From NCBI GenBank assembly GCA_934454035.1, contig CAKSFY010000001.1, positions 69,483 through 133,482 on the forward strand: a DNA stretch of 64,000 bases, written 5' to 3'. The notes under the pieces are model-generated. The model had not been told where the DNA came from, ran no database searches, and saw only the letters and a list, made by a program, of their open reading frames with translations. This DNA is from an uncultured Clostridia bacterium (lineage in GTDB: Bacteria > Bacillota > Clostridia > UBA1381). Of the stretch, positions 29,196 to 37,972 are shown one piece after another (position 1 is the first letter of the stretch; every line of letters starts with the position of its first letter). The position numbers and the translations under genes were made by a program.

Positions 29196-29984
29196 TTAAA
29201 AGAAATTTTTATCCAATGCTTCCTCTTCAGCATGTGATTTGATATATTTTGTCCATTTAATATATCCGTATGTCGAATTGGTGAGATACCCTGCCTTAAG
29301 TACCAAAAGTACCCATTGACCCGAAAGAATATTTATTGCGGCTTCCAGCAGCGAGCATATGTACCAGGCTATCCACTGCTCTCTGATTCTCAAAAGTATA
29401 AATACTCCGTTCGCAATGCCGACCGCCGAAGCGCAGGCATCAAGATAGCAAACCACATTTTCTATAAGCTCGTTTCCGCCGAAAAGGTCTGTTCCTATTT
29501 CCAGAGTTGTAAGGAAATAGCCTATTCCTATCGTCCACAAAACTATTCCGGCTATTATCAGAACCTCTGCCCAGCCGCTGAGCTTTCTTACCTTTGTAAG
29601 CTCCTCTTCCTGTCTGTCCGGATGTCTGTGCCAATTGATAAAGCTTATTATATCAATAGGAATCCAGAAAAACAAGGTTGAAGCCATTGTTGCAAATCTG
29701 TAGGAAAGAACAACGCAGATAAGTATCTCAGTTACTTCCACAAACAAAGAAACTATAAAGTTCCATTTACTTTGCTTCGATATCAGAAGTTCGCACAAAA
29801 TGTTTAAAAATATATCCGCCAGATACAGAGCCATTATCAGTCCGCCGTTCACTCCGTTTACATCCTCTTCGGGGAACAGAATTGCAATCACAACCGACAG
29901 TATTAATATCGAGAAAAACCAAATTTTCTCATATGTAGTAAAATAGCTCCATAAATCTCTCATTTTTTGTTTAAGTTTTGTCAT
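29196..29984 (-). CDS. pnuC: Nicotinamide riboside/NMN transporter PnuC family
   Basis: The product is 262 aa with 7-8 TM segments. It has the Trp-rich motifs of PnuC proteins (FFWIPIDIISFINW, C-terminal STYGYIKW). Confidence 0.7.
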   Translation of the reverse strand: MTKLKQKMRDLWSYFTTYEKIWFFSILILSVVIAILFPEEDVNGVNGGLIMALYLADIFLNILCELLISKQSKWNFIVSLFVEVTEILICVVLSYRFATMASTLFFWIPIDIISFINWHRHPDRQEEELTKVRKLSGWAEVLIIAGIVLWTIGIGYFLTTLEIGTDLFGGNELIENVVCYLDACASAVGIANGVFILLRIREQWIAWYICSLLEAAINILSGQWVLLVLKAGYLTNSTYGYIKWTKYIKSHAEEEALDKNFF

Positions 29985-30099
29985 CTGTATTTCTCCTTGT
30001 ATTATAAATTCTAAAGCCGTTTTAAGCTTTAATCACGGAGAAGCGCCGATGCAGCTTTGGTCAAAAAAAGCCATTAATAAAAACCCCCCTGTCTTTTTT

Positions 30100-30128
30100 A
30101 TTATACACTATTTTTTCTTATTTGTCTA
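30100..30128 (-). promoter_or_regulatory. Sigma-A type promoter for pnuC
   Basis: On the minus strand it reads TAGACA (30128-30123), a 17-nt spacer, then TGTATAAT (extended -10, 30107-30100). It overlaps the stop codon of the upstream deacetylase gene. Confidence 0.45.
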
Positions 30129-30881
30129 CCCCTCATTTTTATGTTGTCTGCCTGCTGCGTCAATTGTGTAATTATCCTCATAAATAAGGTCCGAAACAGG
30201 AACAAGTGTATAGCTTTCTTTAAGTTTCGGAACAAGCTCCTCCAATGCATTGGCAGTAAATTCCGTTCCGTTGTGCATAAGTATTATGTCGCCCGGCGAC
30301 ACTCTTTTTAAAACCCTTGCCGCGATTTCTTCCGCAGATTTTGCTTTATAGTCAAGACTGTCCGTCTGCCACTGAATATAAATCCGACCCGATTCGTCAC
30401 AGGCGGTTACAACATCGTTTGTGTATTCGCCGTATGCCGCGCGGAAATATTTAACCGGCTTACCCGTAATTGCACTTATTACATCATCTGCTTTCTTCAT
30501 ATCCGACAGAATATCCTGCTTTGACATTTTTGCATAATGTGCATGGTTATATGAGTGATTGCCTATTTCAAAGCCTGCCGCATCAATCTTTTTTACCGCT
30601 TGGGGATATTTTTCCGCCCAGTCGCCGACTGCAAAAAAAGTTGCTCCGACATTGTTTCCTTTTAAGATTTCAATTATTCGGTCTATATCCGAATCGTTCC
30701 ATGCGCAGTTAAAGGTCAGCGCAATTTTATTGTCATCGCGCTCTACCGAATAAATCGGAATTTCTCTTTCTCCGACCTTGAACGTTTCGGCAATTTTATT
30801 GCCGCCGGCGCACAAACCTATGCAAAGCATTACAATAAGCGTCCATAAAAGAAATCTTTTTAAATCAAATACAAAATACAT
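30126..30881 (-). CDS. Polysaccharide deacetylase (NodB/CE4 domain), PdaB-like
   Basis: An N-terminal TM anchor is followed by NodB motifs: TFNCAWND (an atypical motif 1), IGNHSYNH and HNG. The start was moved to ATG 30881, which has a GGAGG SD; the track start at 30923 is TTG. Confidence 0.8.
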   Translation of the reverse strand: MYFVFDLKRFLLWTLIVMLCIGLCAGGNKIAETFKVGEREIPIYSVERDDNKIALTFNCAWNDSDIDRIIEILKGNNVGATFFAVGDWAEKYPQAVKKIDAAGFEIGNHSYNHAHYAKMSKQDILSDMKKADDVISAITGKPVKYFRAAYGEYTNDVVTACDESGRIYIQWQTDSLDYKAKSAEEIAARVLKRVSPGDIILMHNGTEFTANALEELVPKLKESYTLVPVSDLIYEDNYTIDAAGRQHKNEG

Positions 30882-30966
30882 ATCTTTCCTCCGATAAAAA
30901 ATATTATATTTTCCGCTTGCCAAATATACGCATTAATGATATACTATTGATATACTATATGGAAAG

Positions 30967-31656
30967 ATGTGTGTTTTTATGAAACAAGAAATCAAAACTT
31001 ACAAAAATTTCACTTATGTTTTGTGTCTGCCCGACAATTTTGACCCGGGCAAGAAATATCCCGTAATCCTGCAGCTGCACGGTGCAGGCGGCAGAGGAAG
31101 CGATATTTCGGTTCTGCTTACACATCCGTTCTGCGAAGAGAGCGCAAAATTCAAAGATTTTGAGTTTGTTTCGGTTCTGCCGCAATGCCCTGCCGACATA
31201 ACCTGGTTTGCCGTCTTTGAACAGCTTATGGACTTTACAAAATATATTTACAATTCCGATTTTACCGATAAAAAACATTTTTATTGCATGGGTGCAAGCA
31301 TGGGCGGCTACGGCACATGGGAGCTTGCAATGCAGCTGCCGGAGCTTTTTGCGGCAATTGTTCCCGTATGCGGCGGAGGAATGTACTGGAATGCCGGCAG
31401 GCTTAAAAACGTTCCCGTATGGGCGTTTCACGGCGGAAAGGACGGCTGCGTATTTCCTGAGGAAAGCAAAAAAATGGTTGACGCGGTCAACGCAAACGGC
31501 GGCAGCGCAAAGCTGACAATATATCCCGAAAACGATCACAACGCATGGTCAGACACTTACTCAAACATAGAAGTATTTAAATGGCTTCTTTCTTGTGAAA
31601 AGACGGATACCTCCACTGCCGAGAACAAATATACCGATTGTGAAATTTACGGATAA
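30967..31656 (+). CDS. Alpha/beta hydrolase (carboxylesterase / prolyl oligopeptidase-family esterase)
   Basis: It has the nucleophile elbow GASMGG and the downstream motifs FHGGKDG and NDHNAW, which resemble a Ser-Asp-His triad. An alternative start is ATG 30979. Confidence 0.7.
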   Translation: MCVFMKQEIKTYKNFTYVLCLPDNFDPGKKYPVILQLHGAGGRGSDISVLLTHPFCEESAKFKDFEFVSVLPQCPADITWFAVFEQLMDFTKYIYNSDFTDKKHFYCMGASMGGYGTWELAMQLPELFAAIVPVCGGGMYWNAGRLKNVPVWAFHGGKDGCVFPEESKKMVDAVNANGGSAKLTIYPENDHNAWSDTYSNIEVFKWLLSCEKTDTSTAENKYTDCEIYG

Positions 31657-31668
31657 GGAGAAATTGAC

Positions 31669-32178
31669 ATGGATCTGCTTGAAGTCGGAAAAATATTAAA
31701 CACGCACGGGTTAAGAGGCGAGGTAAAGGTAGCCGCATGGACGGACACACCCGATGTTTTTGAGGATTTGACTACCGTTTATATTAAGAAAAAAAATGAA
31801 TATATACCGCTTACCGTCGGAAATATCAAGTATCAGAAAAATAATTTGATTGTAAAATTCAAAGAACTTTCGGACATAAATGAAGCCGAGCCTTTGAAAA
31901 ATCAAATTCTGTTTGCCGAAAGATCCGATTTGGGCGAGCTTGAGGACGGAGTTTATTATATTGCGGACCTTATCGGAATTACCGTCACGAAAGAGGACGG
32001 CGAAGTTCTGGGAAAAATAAAGGACGTTATGCAAACCGGCGCAAACGATATTTATGTAGTTTCACGGGAGGGGAAAAAGGATTTGCTTATTCCTGTTCTT
32101 CCCGATGTCGTTCTGTCGGTCGATATAGCTGAAAAAAAGGCAGTCGTCCGCCTGTTGGAGGGGCTTGAGGATTTATGA
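31669..32178 (+). CDS. rimM: 16S rRNA processing protein RimM
   Basis: The N-terminus is LEVGKILNTHGLRGEVKV and a PRC barrel C-terminal domain is present. It overlaps trmD by 4 nt. Confidence 0.9.
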   Translation: MDLLEVGKILNTHGLRGEVKVAAWTDTPDVFEDLTTVYIKKKNEYIPLTVGNIKYQKNNLIVKFKELSDINEAEPLKNQILFAERSDLGELEDGVYYIADLIGITVTKEDGEVLGKIKDVMQTGANDIYVVSREGKKDLLIPVLPDVVLSVDIAEKKAVVRLLEGLEDL

Positions 32179-32918
32179 TACGATTCGATGTGCTGACCTT
32201 ATTCCCCGATATGTTCAAGGCAGTTCTCGGCGACAGCATAATAAAACGCGCCGCAGAAAAGGGCATTATCGAGATGAATTTTATAAACATTCGGGATTTT
32301 TCAAAAAACAAGCATAAAAAAACAGACGATTATCCGTATAGCGGAGGCGGCGGAATGCTTATGACTCCGCAACCCTTGTACGATGCATACCAAAGCGTTG
32401 CCGAGGGACTCGGCTATAAGCCGTACACAATATATATGTCGCCGTGCGGAGAAGTTTTTAATCAAAAATGCGCCGTAACGCTTTCCGAAAAAGAACACAT
32501 AGTAATAATCTGCGGACACTATGAGGGCATAGATCAGCGAATTATCGATATGCTCGTTGACTGCGAGATTTCAATCGGTGATTTTGTACTGACCGGCGGC
32601 GAAATCCCTGCAATGGCGGTTATTGACGCTGTTTCAAGAATGATTCCCGGGGTGCTTTCCTCCGAAAGTTCCTATCAAAACGAAAGTCACTACTCCGGAC
32701 TTTTGGAATATCCGCAGTACACACGTCCCGAGGAATTTATGGGACGAAAAATTCCCGATGTGCTGATTTCGGGGAATCATGCAAAAATAGATAAATGGAA
32801 ACGTAAGGAATCAATTAAAAGAACACTTTTGAAAAGACCGGATATGCTTTACTCCGCCGAGCTTTCCGAAAAAGAAAGAGAATACGTAAAAAGCTTAAAA
32901 AAAGACCTCTCACTCTAA
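32175..32918 (+). CDS. trmD: tRNA (guanine37-N1)-methyltransferase
   Basis: It has FDVLTLFPDMF, YPYSGGGGMLM, CGHYEGIDQR and VLTGGE motifs. Confidence 0.95.
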   Translation: MIRFDVLTLFPDMFKAVLGDSIIKRAAEKGIIEMNFINIRDFSKNKHKKTDDYPYSGGGGMLMTPQPLYDAYQSVAEGLGYKPYTIYMSPCGEVFNQKCAVTLSEKEHIVIICGHYEGIDQRIIDMLVDCEISIGDFVLTGGEIPAMAVIDAVSRMIPGVLSSESSYQNESHYSGLLEYPQYTRPEEFMGRKIPDVLISGNHAKIDKWKRKESIKRTLLKRPDMLYSAELSEKEREYVKSLKKDLSL

Positions 32919-32934
32919 AATGAGAGGATTTTTT
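32897..32934. terminator. Bidirectional terminator shared by trmD (+) and rnpB (-)
   Basis: The stem CCTCTCA / TGAGAGG closes an 8-nt loop. An A-run lies on the left and T6 on the right. It overlaps the trmD stop codon. Confidence 0.7.
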
Positions 32935-32943
32935 CATATAAAA

Positions 32944-33275
32944 GAGCAAGTCTGTAAGCCGGGTTCTGTATCGGACGATTATCTATCTGTGACGCATAAT
33001 TACTTATGCGTTCATGCCGCCGGTCGGAAAATGCCGAGCAAGCTTAATTTTCCTGTCGTGCGTTGCTTCGGGTGGGGTTTACACGGGAGGTCGGTCGCCC
33101 TGCTCCCTGTGCGCTCTTACCGCACATTTCCACACTTACCCGATTGAATCGGGCGTTTATTTTCTGTTGCACTGTCCTTGGAGTCGCCTCCACCGGGTGT
33201 TACCCGGCACCCTGCTCTGTGAAGCCCGGACTTTCCTCATGCATAAAAATGCACGCAATCGTCTGACTTACTCAA
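32944..33275 (-). ncRNA. rnpB: RNase P RNA, bacterial type A
   Basis: The reverse complement contains the universal cores GAGGAAAGUCCGGGC, GGGUGCCGGGUAACACCCGG, CAGUGCAACAGAAAAUA, GCGGUAAGAGCGCAC, GUAAACCCCACC and ACAGAACCCGGCUUA. P1 pairs GAGUAAGUC with GACUUGCUC. The ends are accurate to within about 8 nt. Confidence 0.92.
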
Positions 33276-33289
33276 TATATTATACTATT

Positions 33290-33318
33290 ATTATACCACG
33301 AGCCGCTGCCCGAGTCAA
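33290..33318 (-). promoter_or_regulatory. Sigma-A type promoter of rnpB
   Basis: On the minus strand it reads TTGACT (33318-33313), a 17-nt spacer, then TGGTATAAT (extended -10, hexamer 33295-33290). It lies about 15 nt upstream of the P1 5' strand. Confidence 0.6.
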
Positions 33319-33321
33319 GCA

Positions 33322-34359
33322 TTAAAGATAAAAGCCTGCTTTATCGAGCGAGGTTTTTTCGTCCAGTCCGAACATAAGATTCATATTCTGAACAGCCTGA
33401 CCTGCCGCACCCTTTACGATATTGTCAAGCGCCGAAACAATTATCACTCTGTTAAGACGCTTATCCACGCATACTCCGATATCCACGAAATTGCTGCCTG
33501 CAACATGCTTTGTCTCGGGAAGCTCGCCGAGCTTTTTAACCCTTACAAAATATTCATCCTTATAAAAGTCCTCATATGCCTTGTGAACATCCTCAACCGA
33601 ACGCGGAGTTTTCAAATTCATATAAATTGTCGCAAGTATTCCCCTTTTCTGCGGAATAAGATGCGGCGTAAATGACAAAATTATATCCTCTCCGGCCGCA
33701 TGAGAAAGTTCCTGTTCTATCTCCGAGGTATGTCTGTGAGTTGCAACCTTATAAGCCTTTGTGTTCTCGGTACATTCACAGAAATGATATGCAAGATTCA
33801 GCCCTCTGCCTGCGCCCGTAACTCCCGATTTAGCGTCTATGATTATATTTTTTGTATCTGCCCAGCCGTTTTTCAAAAGCGGATAGGCTCCCAGTATGGA
33901 ACAGGTTGTATAGCAGCCGGGATTTCCGATAAGCCGAGCAGATTTAATTTTGTCTCTATGCAGCTCGCAAAGTCCGTAGACCGATTCCTTCAAAAGTTCG
34001 GGTGATGAATGCGGCTGCCCGTACCATTCTTCATAAACTTTCGGGGCATCATAACGAAAATCGCCGCTTAAATCAATTACTTTAAGTCCTGCTTTAATAA
34101 GATCCGGAATCACCGTCTTTGACGCACCGTGCGGCAGAGCGGTAAATGCAACATCACATTTTGAAATTTTGTCCATATCAAGCTCACTGCACTCCAAATC
34201 AAGTACATGTCCGAAATTCTGATAAACTTCATTTATATTCTTTCCGTCAAAGCTCTGCGAACCCAAAAATTCTATACTTACCTCCGGATGGTTTGTTAAA
34301 AGGCGTACAAGCTCTATTCCTGCATAGCCTGTCGCTCCCAAAACCGCTGCTTTTATCAT
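33322..34359 (-). CDS. argC: N-acetyl-gamma-glutamyl-phosphate reductase
   Basis: It has MIKAAVLGATGYAG and the catalytic region GNPGCYTT. The start is at ATG 34359, with an AAGGAG SD. Confidence 0.93.
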   Translation of the reverse strand: MIKAAVLGATGYAGIELVRLLTNHPEVSIEFLGSQSFDGKNINEVYQNFGHVLDLECSELDMDKISKCDVAFTALPHGASKTVIPDLIKAGLKVIDLSGDFRYDAPKVYEEWYGQPHSSPELLKESVYGLCELHRDKIKSARLIGNPGCYTTCSILGAYPLLKNGWADTKNIIIDAKSGVTGAGRGLNLAYHFCECTENTKAYKVATHRHTSEIEQELSHAAGEDIILSFTPHLIPQKRGILATIYMNLKTPRSVEDVHKAYEDFYKDEYFVRVKKLGELPETKHVAGSNFVDIGVCVDKRLNRVIIVSALDNIVKGAAGQAVQNMNLMFGLDEKTSLDKAGFYL

Positions 34360-34373
34360 GACTTTTCTCTCCT

Positions 34374-35129
34374 TTATAAACATACTTTCATTCCGTCATA
34401 TGCCGGAACAATACCGTGATTCTTTAATATTTTTTCCAAATCTTCATGTGAATACTGCGAATATTTTGACATATGCGAAATCATTGTCTTTGAATTCGGT
34501 TTCATAAGCTCCAGCGACCTAAATGTTTCATTCATCTCTGCAATCATATTCAGATTATTATGCTCAAATATGCGATAATCACCCTTTTTGTCCGACAATG
34601 TTCCGTCAAATACAACAAGGTCATATTTATACTTTCTTATCTCGTGCCAGCTTCTGCAAATAATCCACGCTCCGTCGCATCCCCAGAATATACATTTTTC
34701 TCCGTCTGAAATTATATAATGGAGCGGCTGCTCCGCACTGTCCGAAACCAAATGATTTGCCCCGACCGCAATAACGGTGTGATTTCCTATCTTCACTTCT
34801 TTATAAAGCGGCATAATCTTCTTTTCGGCTTTTATATCGCCGATGCGCGCCTCTGCGCCTTTATCAAACCATACTGTGGTATTTTTTTCAAAAAACCTGT
34901 TTATTGCACCCCTTGAATAATGGTCCTCATGCGTATGCGTTATCAGTACATTTTTGATGTTCTTCATATCAGCACCGTGTCTTTCGATATAATCCAAGGT
35001 ATCATCGTTAAAGTCAATCAACAGGTCATCATTTATCATAACAGAAGTGCATCTTCTGAAAAATTCCCCGTCCGCACGTTTTTTTATATCCCAGTCTGCG
35101 GCGCCGGTTCCCATAAATAATATTTCCAT
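34374..35129 (-). CDS. MBL-fold metallo-hydrolase (function unknown)
   Basis: It has the HTHEDH zinc motif and an N-terminal ILFMGTGAA strand. It is embedded between the GNAT gene and argC, with gaps of 1 nt and 14 nt. Confidence 0.75.
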   Translation of the reverse strand: MEILFMGTGAADWDIKKRADGEFFRRCTSVMINDDLLIDFNDDTLDYIERHGADMKNIKNVLITHTHEDHYSRGAINRFFEKNTTVWFDKGAEARIGDIKAEKKIMPLYKEVKIGNHTVIAVGANHLVSDSAEQPLHYIISDGEKCIFWGCDGAWIICRSWHEIRKYKYDLVVFDGTLSDKKGDYRIFEHNNLNMIAEMNETFRSLELMKPNSKTMISHMSKYSQYSHEDLEKILKNHGIVPAYDGMKVCL

Positions 35130-35130
35130 T

Positions 35131-35628
35131 TTATTTCTCCTCATAATCCTTTACCAAAAGCGCTCTTATATATCCCTTTGATTTGTCGGTGGAATCTATA
35201 TAAAAGCCTCTGCCGTAGTAAAATCTTATCAGTGACGCAATTTTTGACGCTGTATGCAAGGATAGCTTTCTGACGCCCTGATCCATCATAATTTTATCCA
35301 CAATATTCATAATGGATTTTCCGATACCGTTATTCTGAGAGCTGATTTTTACTCCGAAACGGCTTAAATATGCAGTATGGTTTTCCTTATCTATAGCCAG
35401 GCGGACGCTTCCGACAGGGTCTCCGTCGGAAAAAGCAATGAGCACGATTTTACTTTTTAAGTCATTTTCAATATCCTCATATGTCTCATTGAGTGCAGGT
35501 GTACTCTCAACGCCGGCAAGCTCCCGATATTTTATAAAAGCTTCATGCGTAATACTCATTATATCGGGAATATCGTCAAAATTTGCAACACGCACCTGAA
35601 AAAGCGTGGTAAACTCATAATTTTTCAA
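35131..35628 (-). CDS. GNAT family N-acetyltransferase (single domain, 165 aa)
   Basis: The acetyl-CoA binding motif is QNNGIGKSIM (Q/RxxGxG/A type). It has a TTG start with GGGGGGA 6 nt upstream, 15 nt after the argF stop. Confidence 0.75.
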   Translation of the reverse strand: MKNYEFTTLFQVRVANFDDIPDIMSITHEAFIKYRELAGVESTPALNETYEDIENDLKSKIVLIAFSDGDPVGSVRLAIDKENHTAYLSRFGVKISSQNNGIGKSIMNIVDKIMMDQGVRKLSLHTASKIASLIRFYYGRGFYIDSTDKSKGYIRALLVKDYEEK

Positions 35629-35643
35629 CGTTAATCCCCCCGA

Positions 35644-36564
35644 TTAGTCTGCCATCAGCGTTGCCATAACCGCTTTTTGGGCATGAAGTCTGTTTTCCGC
35701 TTCGTCAAATATTGCAGACTGTGCCCCGTCTATAACATCCTCCGTAACTTCATATCCGCGGTATGCCGGCAGACAGTGCAGGAATATTGCGTCTTCTTTT
35801 GCATCCTTCATCAGCTCACTGTTGACCTGATAAGGCATGAACACCTTTATTCTTTCTTCCTTTTCCGCTTCCATACCCATGCTCACCCAAGTATCGGTAT
35901 AAACAACATCTGCATTCTTTATTGCTTCTTTGGGGTCTTCGGTTATAATAAGGCTCTTTCCCGACTTATTAAAGTCGTCCTTTGCATTTTGGACAATCTC
36001 ATCGTCAGGCATATAATTCTTCGGTGCTGCGATTGCACAGTCAAGTCCTGCCTTTGCGCAGCCGTACATAAGCGAATGTGCCATATTGTTGCCGTCGCCG
36101 ATATATGCAAGCTTAAGTCCCTCAAGTTTGCCCTTTTTTTCATAAACTGTCTGCAAATCGGCAAGTACCTGGCAAGGATGCAACAGATCCGTAAGCGCGT
36201 TTATAATCGGAATATCGGCATACTTCGCCAAGTCCAAAACATCTTGATGGGCAAAGGTTCTAATCATAATTCCATCAAGATACCTTTCCAAAACCTTGGC
36301 AGTATCGTGAACGGTCTCTCCCCTGCCGAGCTGAATATCATGAGATGACAAAAAGAGCGGATACCCTCCGAGCTGAACCATGCCGACCTCAAACGAAACA
36401 CGTGTTCTGGTTGATGATTTTGAAAAAATCATTCCGAGAGTTTTTCCTTTCAAAATCGGGTGAGGTACTCCCTCCTTAAGCTCTTTTTTCAGTTTAACGG
36501 CTAATTTTAAGAGATTTTCAACTTCCTCTTTTGTACAATCGTGCAAGCTTATAAAATCATTCAT
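35644..36564 (-). CDS. argF: Ornithine carbamoyltransferase
   Basis: It has STRTR (carbamoyl phosphate site), HPCQ, the DxxxSMG region (TDTWVSMG) and HCLP. The start was moved to ATG 36564 (MNDFISLHD). Confidence 0.93.
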   Translation of the reverse strand: MNDFISLHDCTKEEVENLLKLAVKLKKELKEGVPHPILKGKTLGMIFSKSSTRTRVSFEVGMVQLGGYPLFLSSHDIQLGRGETVHDTAKVLERYLDGIMIRTFAHQDVLDLAKYADIPIINALTDLLHPCQVLADLQTVYEKKGKLEGLKLAYIGDGNNMAHSLMYGCAKAGLDCAIAAPKNYMPDDEIVQNAKDDFNKSGKSLIITEDPKEAIKNADVVYTDTWVSMGMEAEKEERIKVFMPYQVNSELMKDAKEDAIFLHCLPAYRGYEVTEDVIDGAQSAIFDEAENRLHAQKAVMATLMAD

Positions 36565-36568
36565 TTTC

Positions 36569-37753
36569 TTATTCCTTTCCCAAGCAATCCGCAAATGCGG
36601 CAACAAATCCGTCAATATCCTCTTTGGTTATAATCAAAGCCGGTGCAAGCCTTAGTGTATTTGTGCAAAGACTCGTCAGATATCTTTTTTCAAAAAGCTT
36701 ATTGTAAATATCCTTTGCACAATCCGGCGCAAGCTCTATACCTATTAACAGTCCGGCATTTCTTAAATCTTTTATTTTATCCGATTTGATTTCTTTTAAT
36801 TTATGCATAAAATATTCGGACATTTCTTTAGCGTTATCCAAAAGTTTATCCTTTTCGATAATATCAAAGACCGCACAGCCTGCGGCTGTTGCCAGCGGAT
36901 TTCCGCCGAATGTTGAACCGTGGTCACCCGGGGCAAAGCTTTTTGCTACGAAATCCTTTGCGCACACCGCGCCTATCGGGACTCCTCCGCCGAGCGCCTT
37001 TGCCGAAGTGAATATGTCCGGTTCGACTCCGTACATCTGATGTGCAAACCAATAGCCGGTTCTGCCCATGCCCGTCTGAACCTCATCAAAAATAAGTATT
37101 ATGTCCTTCTCATCACAGAGCTTTCTGAGAGCCTTTACATAGTCCTTATCCATAGGATGCACTCCGCTCTCGCCCTGAATCAATTCAATCATTATTGCCG
37201 CCGTATGCTCACCGGCTGCCTCCCTCACCGCTTCGATATTGTTCGGTTCAACCTGAATAAACCCGGGGGTAAGCGGTCTGTACGGTGCCCGGTATTTTTC
37301 CTGTCCGGTTGCGGCTACGGTCGCGAGCGTTCTGCCGTGGAATGACTTATCCAGCGTGATTATCTCATATTTGTCCTTTCCCTGCTTATAAAAATAAATT
37401 TTCGCAAGCTTAATTGCACCCTCGTTTGCTTCTGCGCCCGAATTTGCAAAAAAGACCTTATCCGCACAGGTATGCGAAGCTATTTTTTCCGCCAGTGCAG
37501 TCTGCGGCTCATTATAGTAATAGTTACAGATATGAATCTGCTTATCCAGCTGCTCGTGCAATGCCTTTGTAAATTCGGGATGGCAATGACCGAGTGCATT
37601 TACCGCAATTCCGCCGAGAAAGTCGTTGTACTCCTCGCCCTCTTTTGTATAAAGCTTCATTCCCCTGCCCTTTTCAAAAACAACCGGGAGTCTTTTTCCG
37701 AAAGTATTCATATAATATTTTTCATCGTTTTTTATAATTTGTTCGGTAGTCAT
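36569..37753 (-). CDS. argD: Acetylornithine aminotransferase
   Basis: It is a class III aminotransferase with the motifs GIAVNALGHCHP, DEVQTGMGRTG and SAKALGGG (PLP lysine). Confidence 0.9.
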   Translation of the reverse strand: MTTEQIIKNDEKYYMNTFGKRLPVVFEKGRGMKLYTKEGEEYNDFLGGIAVNALGHCHPEFTKALHEQLDKQIHICNYYYNEPQTALAEKIASHTCADKVFFANSGAEANEGAIKLAKIYFYKQGKDKYEIITLDKSFHGRTLATVAATGQEKYRAPYRPLTPGFIQVEPNNIEAVREAAGEHTAAIMIELIQGESGVHPMDKDYVKALRKLCDEKDIILIFDEVQTGMGRTGYWFAHQMYGVEPDIFTSAKALGGGVPIGAVCAKDFVAKSFAPGDHGSTFGGNPLATAAGCAVFDIIEKDKLLDNAKEMSEYFMHKLKEIKSDKIKDLRNAGLLIGIELAPDCAKDIYNKLFEKRYLTSLCTNTLRLAPALIITKEDIDGFVAAFADCLGKE

Positions 37754-37787
37754 CAGTTAAAACGCCCCTTTTCCGATTAATGTTTTA

Positions 37788-37816
37788 ATTATACATCATA
37801 ATGCATAAAAATTCAA
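37788..37816 (-). promoter_or_regulatory. Sigma-A type promoter of the arg operon
   Basis: On the minus strand it reads TTGAAT (37816-37811), a 17-nt spacer, then TATAAT (37793-37788). It lies about 35 nt upstream of the argD ATG. Confidence 0.55.
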
Positions 37817-37817
37817 T
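37800..37817. promoter_or_regulatory. ARG box (ArgR/AhrC operator-like palindrome) overlapping the arg promoter -35
   Basis: AATGCATAAAAATTCAAT matches the ARG-box consensus wnTGAATwwwwATTCAnw at all defined positions except one (C for A). I did not find a convincing second box. Confidence 0.5.
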
Positions 37818-37909
37818 AGCTTTTGTTTCGTTTTATGAAAAAAATAAGTTTTTTCGTAATAAAATTCCCTCTTTTTGGTTAAAATTGAAATTTCACGAAA
37901 ATATCACCC

Positions 37910-37938
37910 TTGACACCCGGTGAAAACAATGATATAAT
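37910..37938 (+). promoter_or_regulatory. Consensus sigma-A promoter for the sugar kinase gene
   Basis: It reads TTGACA (37910-37915), exactly 17 nt of spacer, then TATAAT (37933-37938). Confidence 0.65.
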
Positions 37939-37972
37939 TTTCTTAATCAATATAAGACGAAAGGACAAGACA

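Noticed and set aside
32920-33325. Three overlapping plus-strand ORFs in the track (32920..33147, 33014..33325, 33063..33266) between trmD and argC
   Set aside because: The region is the RNase P RNA gene on the opposite strand, and all universal rnpB core motifs are present. The ORFs have no SD and show Cys/Arg/His-rich junk composition.
35677-36348. 223-aa plus-strand ORF antisense to argF
   Set aside because: This is a shadow ORF fully inside a well-supported gene on the other strand. It is Cys/Arg/Ile-rich, has no SD and has no recognisable domain. The same reasoning applies to 27755..28426 (antisense to dxs), 38816..39478 (antisense to the kinase gene), 62124..62804 (antisense to the Na/Pi gene), 30955..31539 (antisense to the esterase gene), 21364..22014, 11940..12539, 9603..10169 and 15767..16273.
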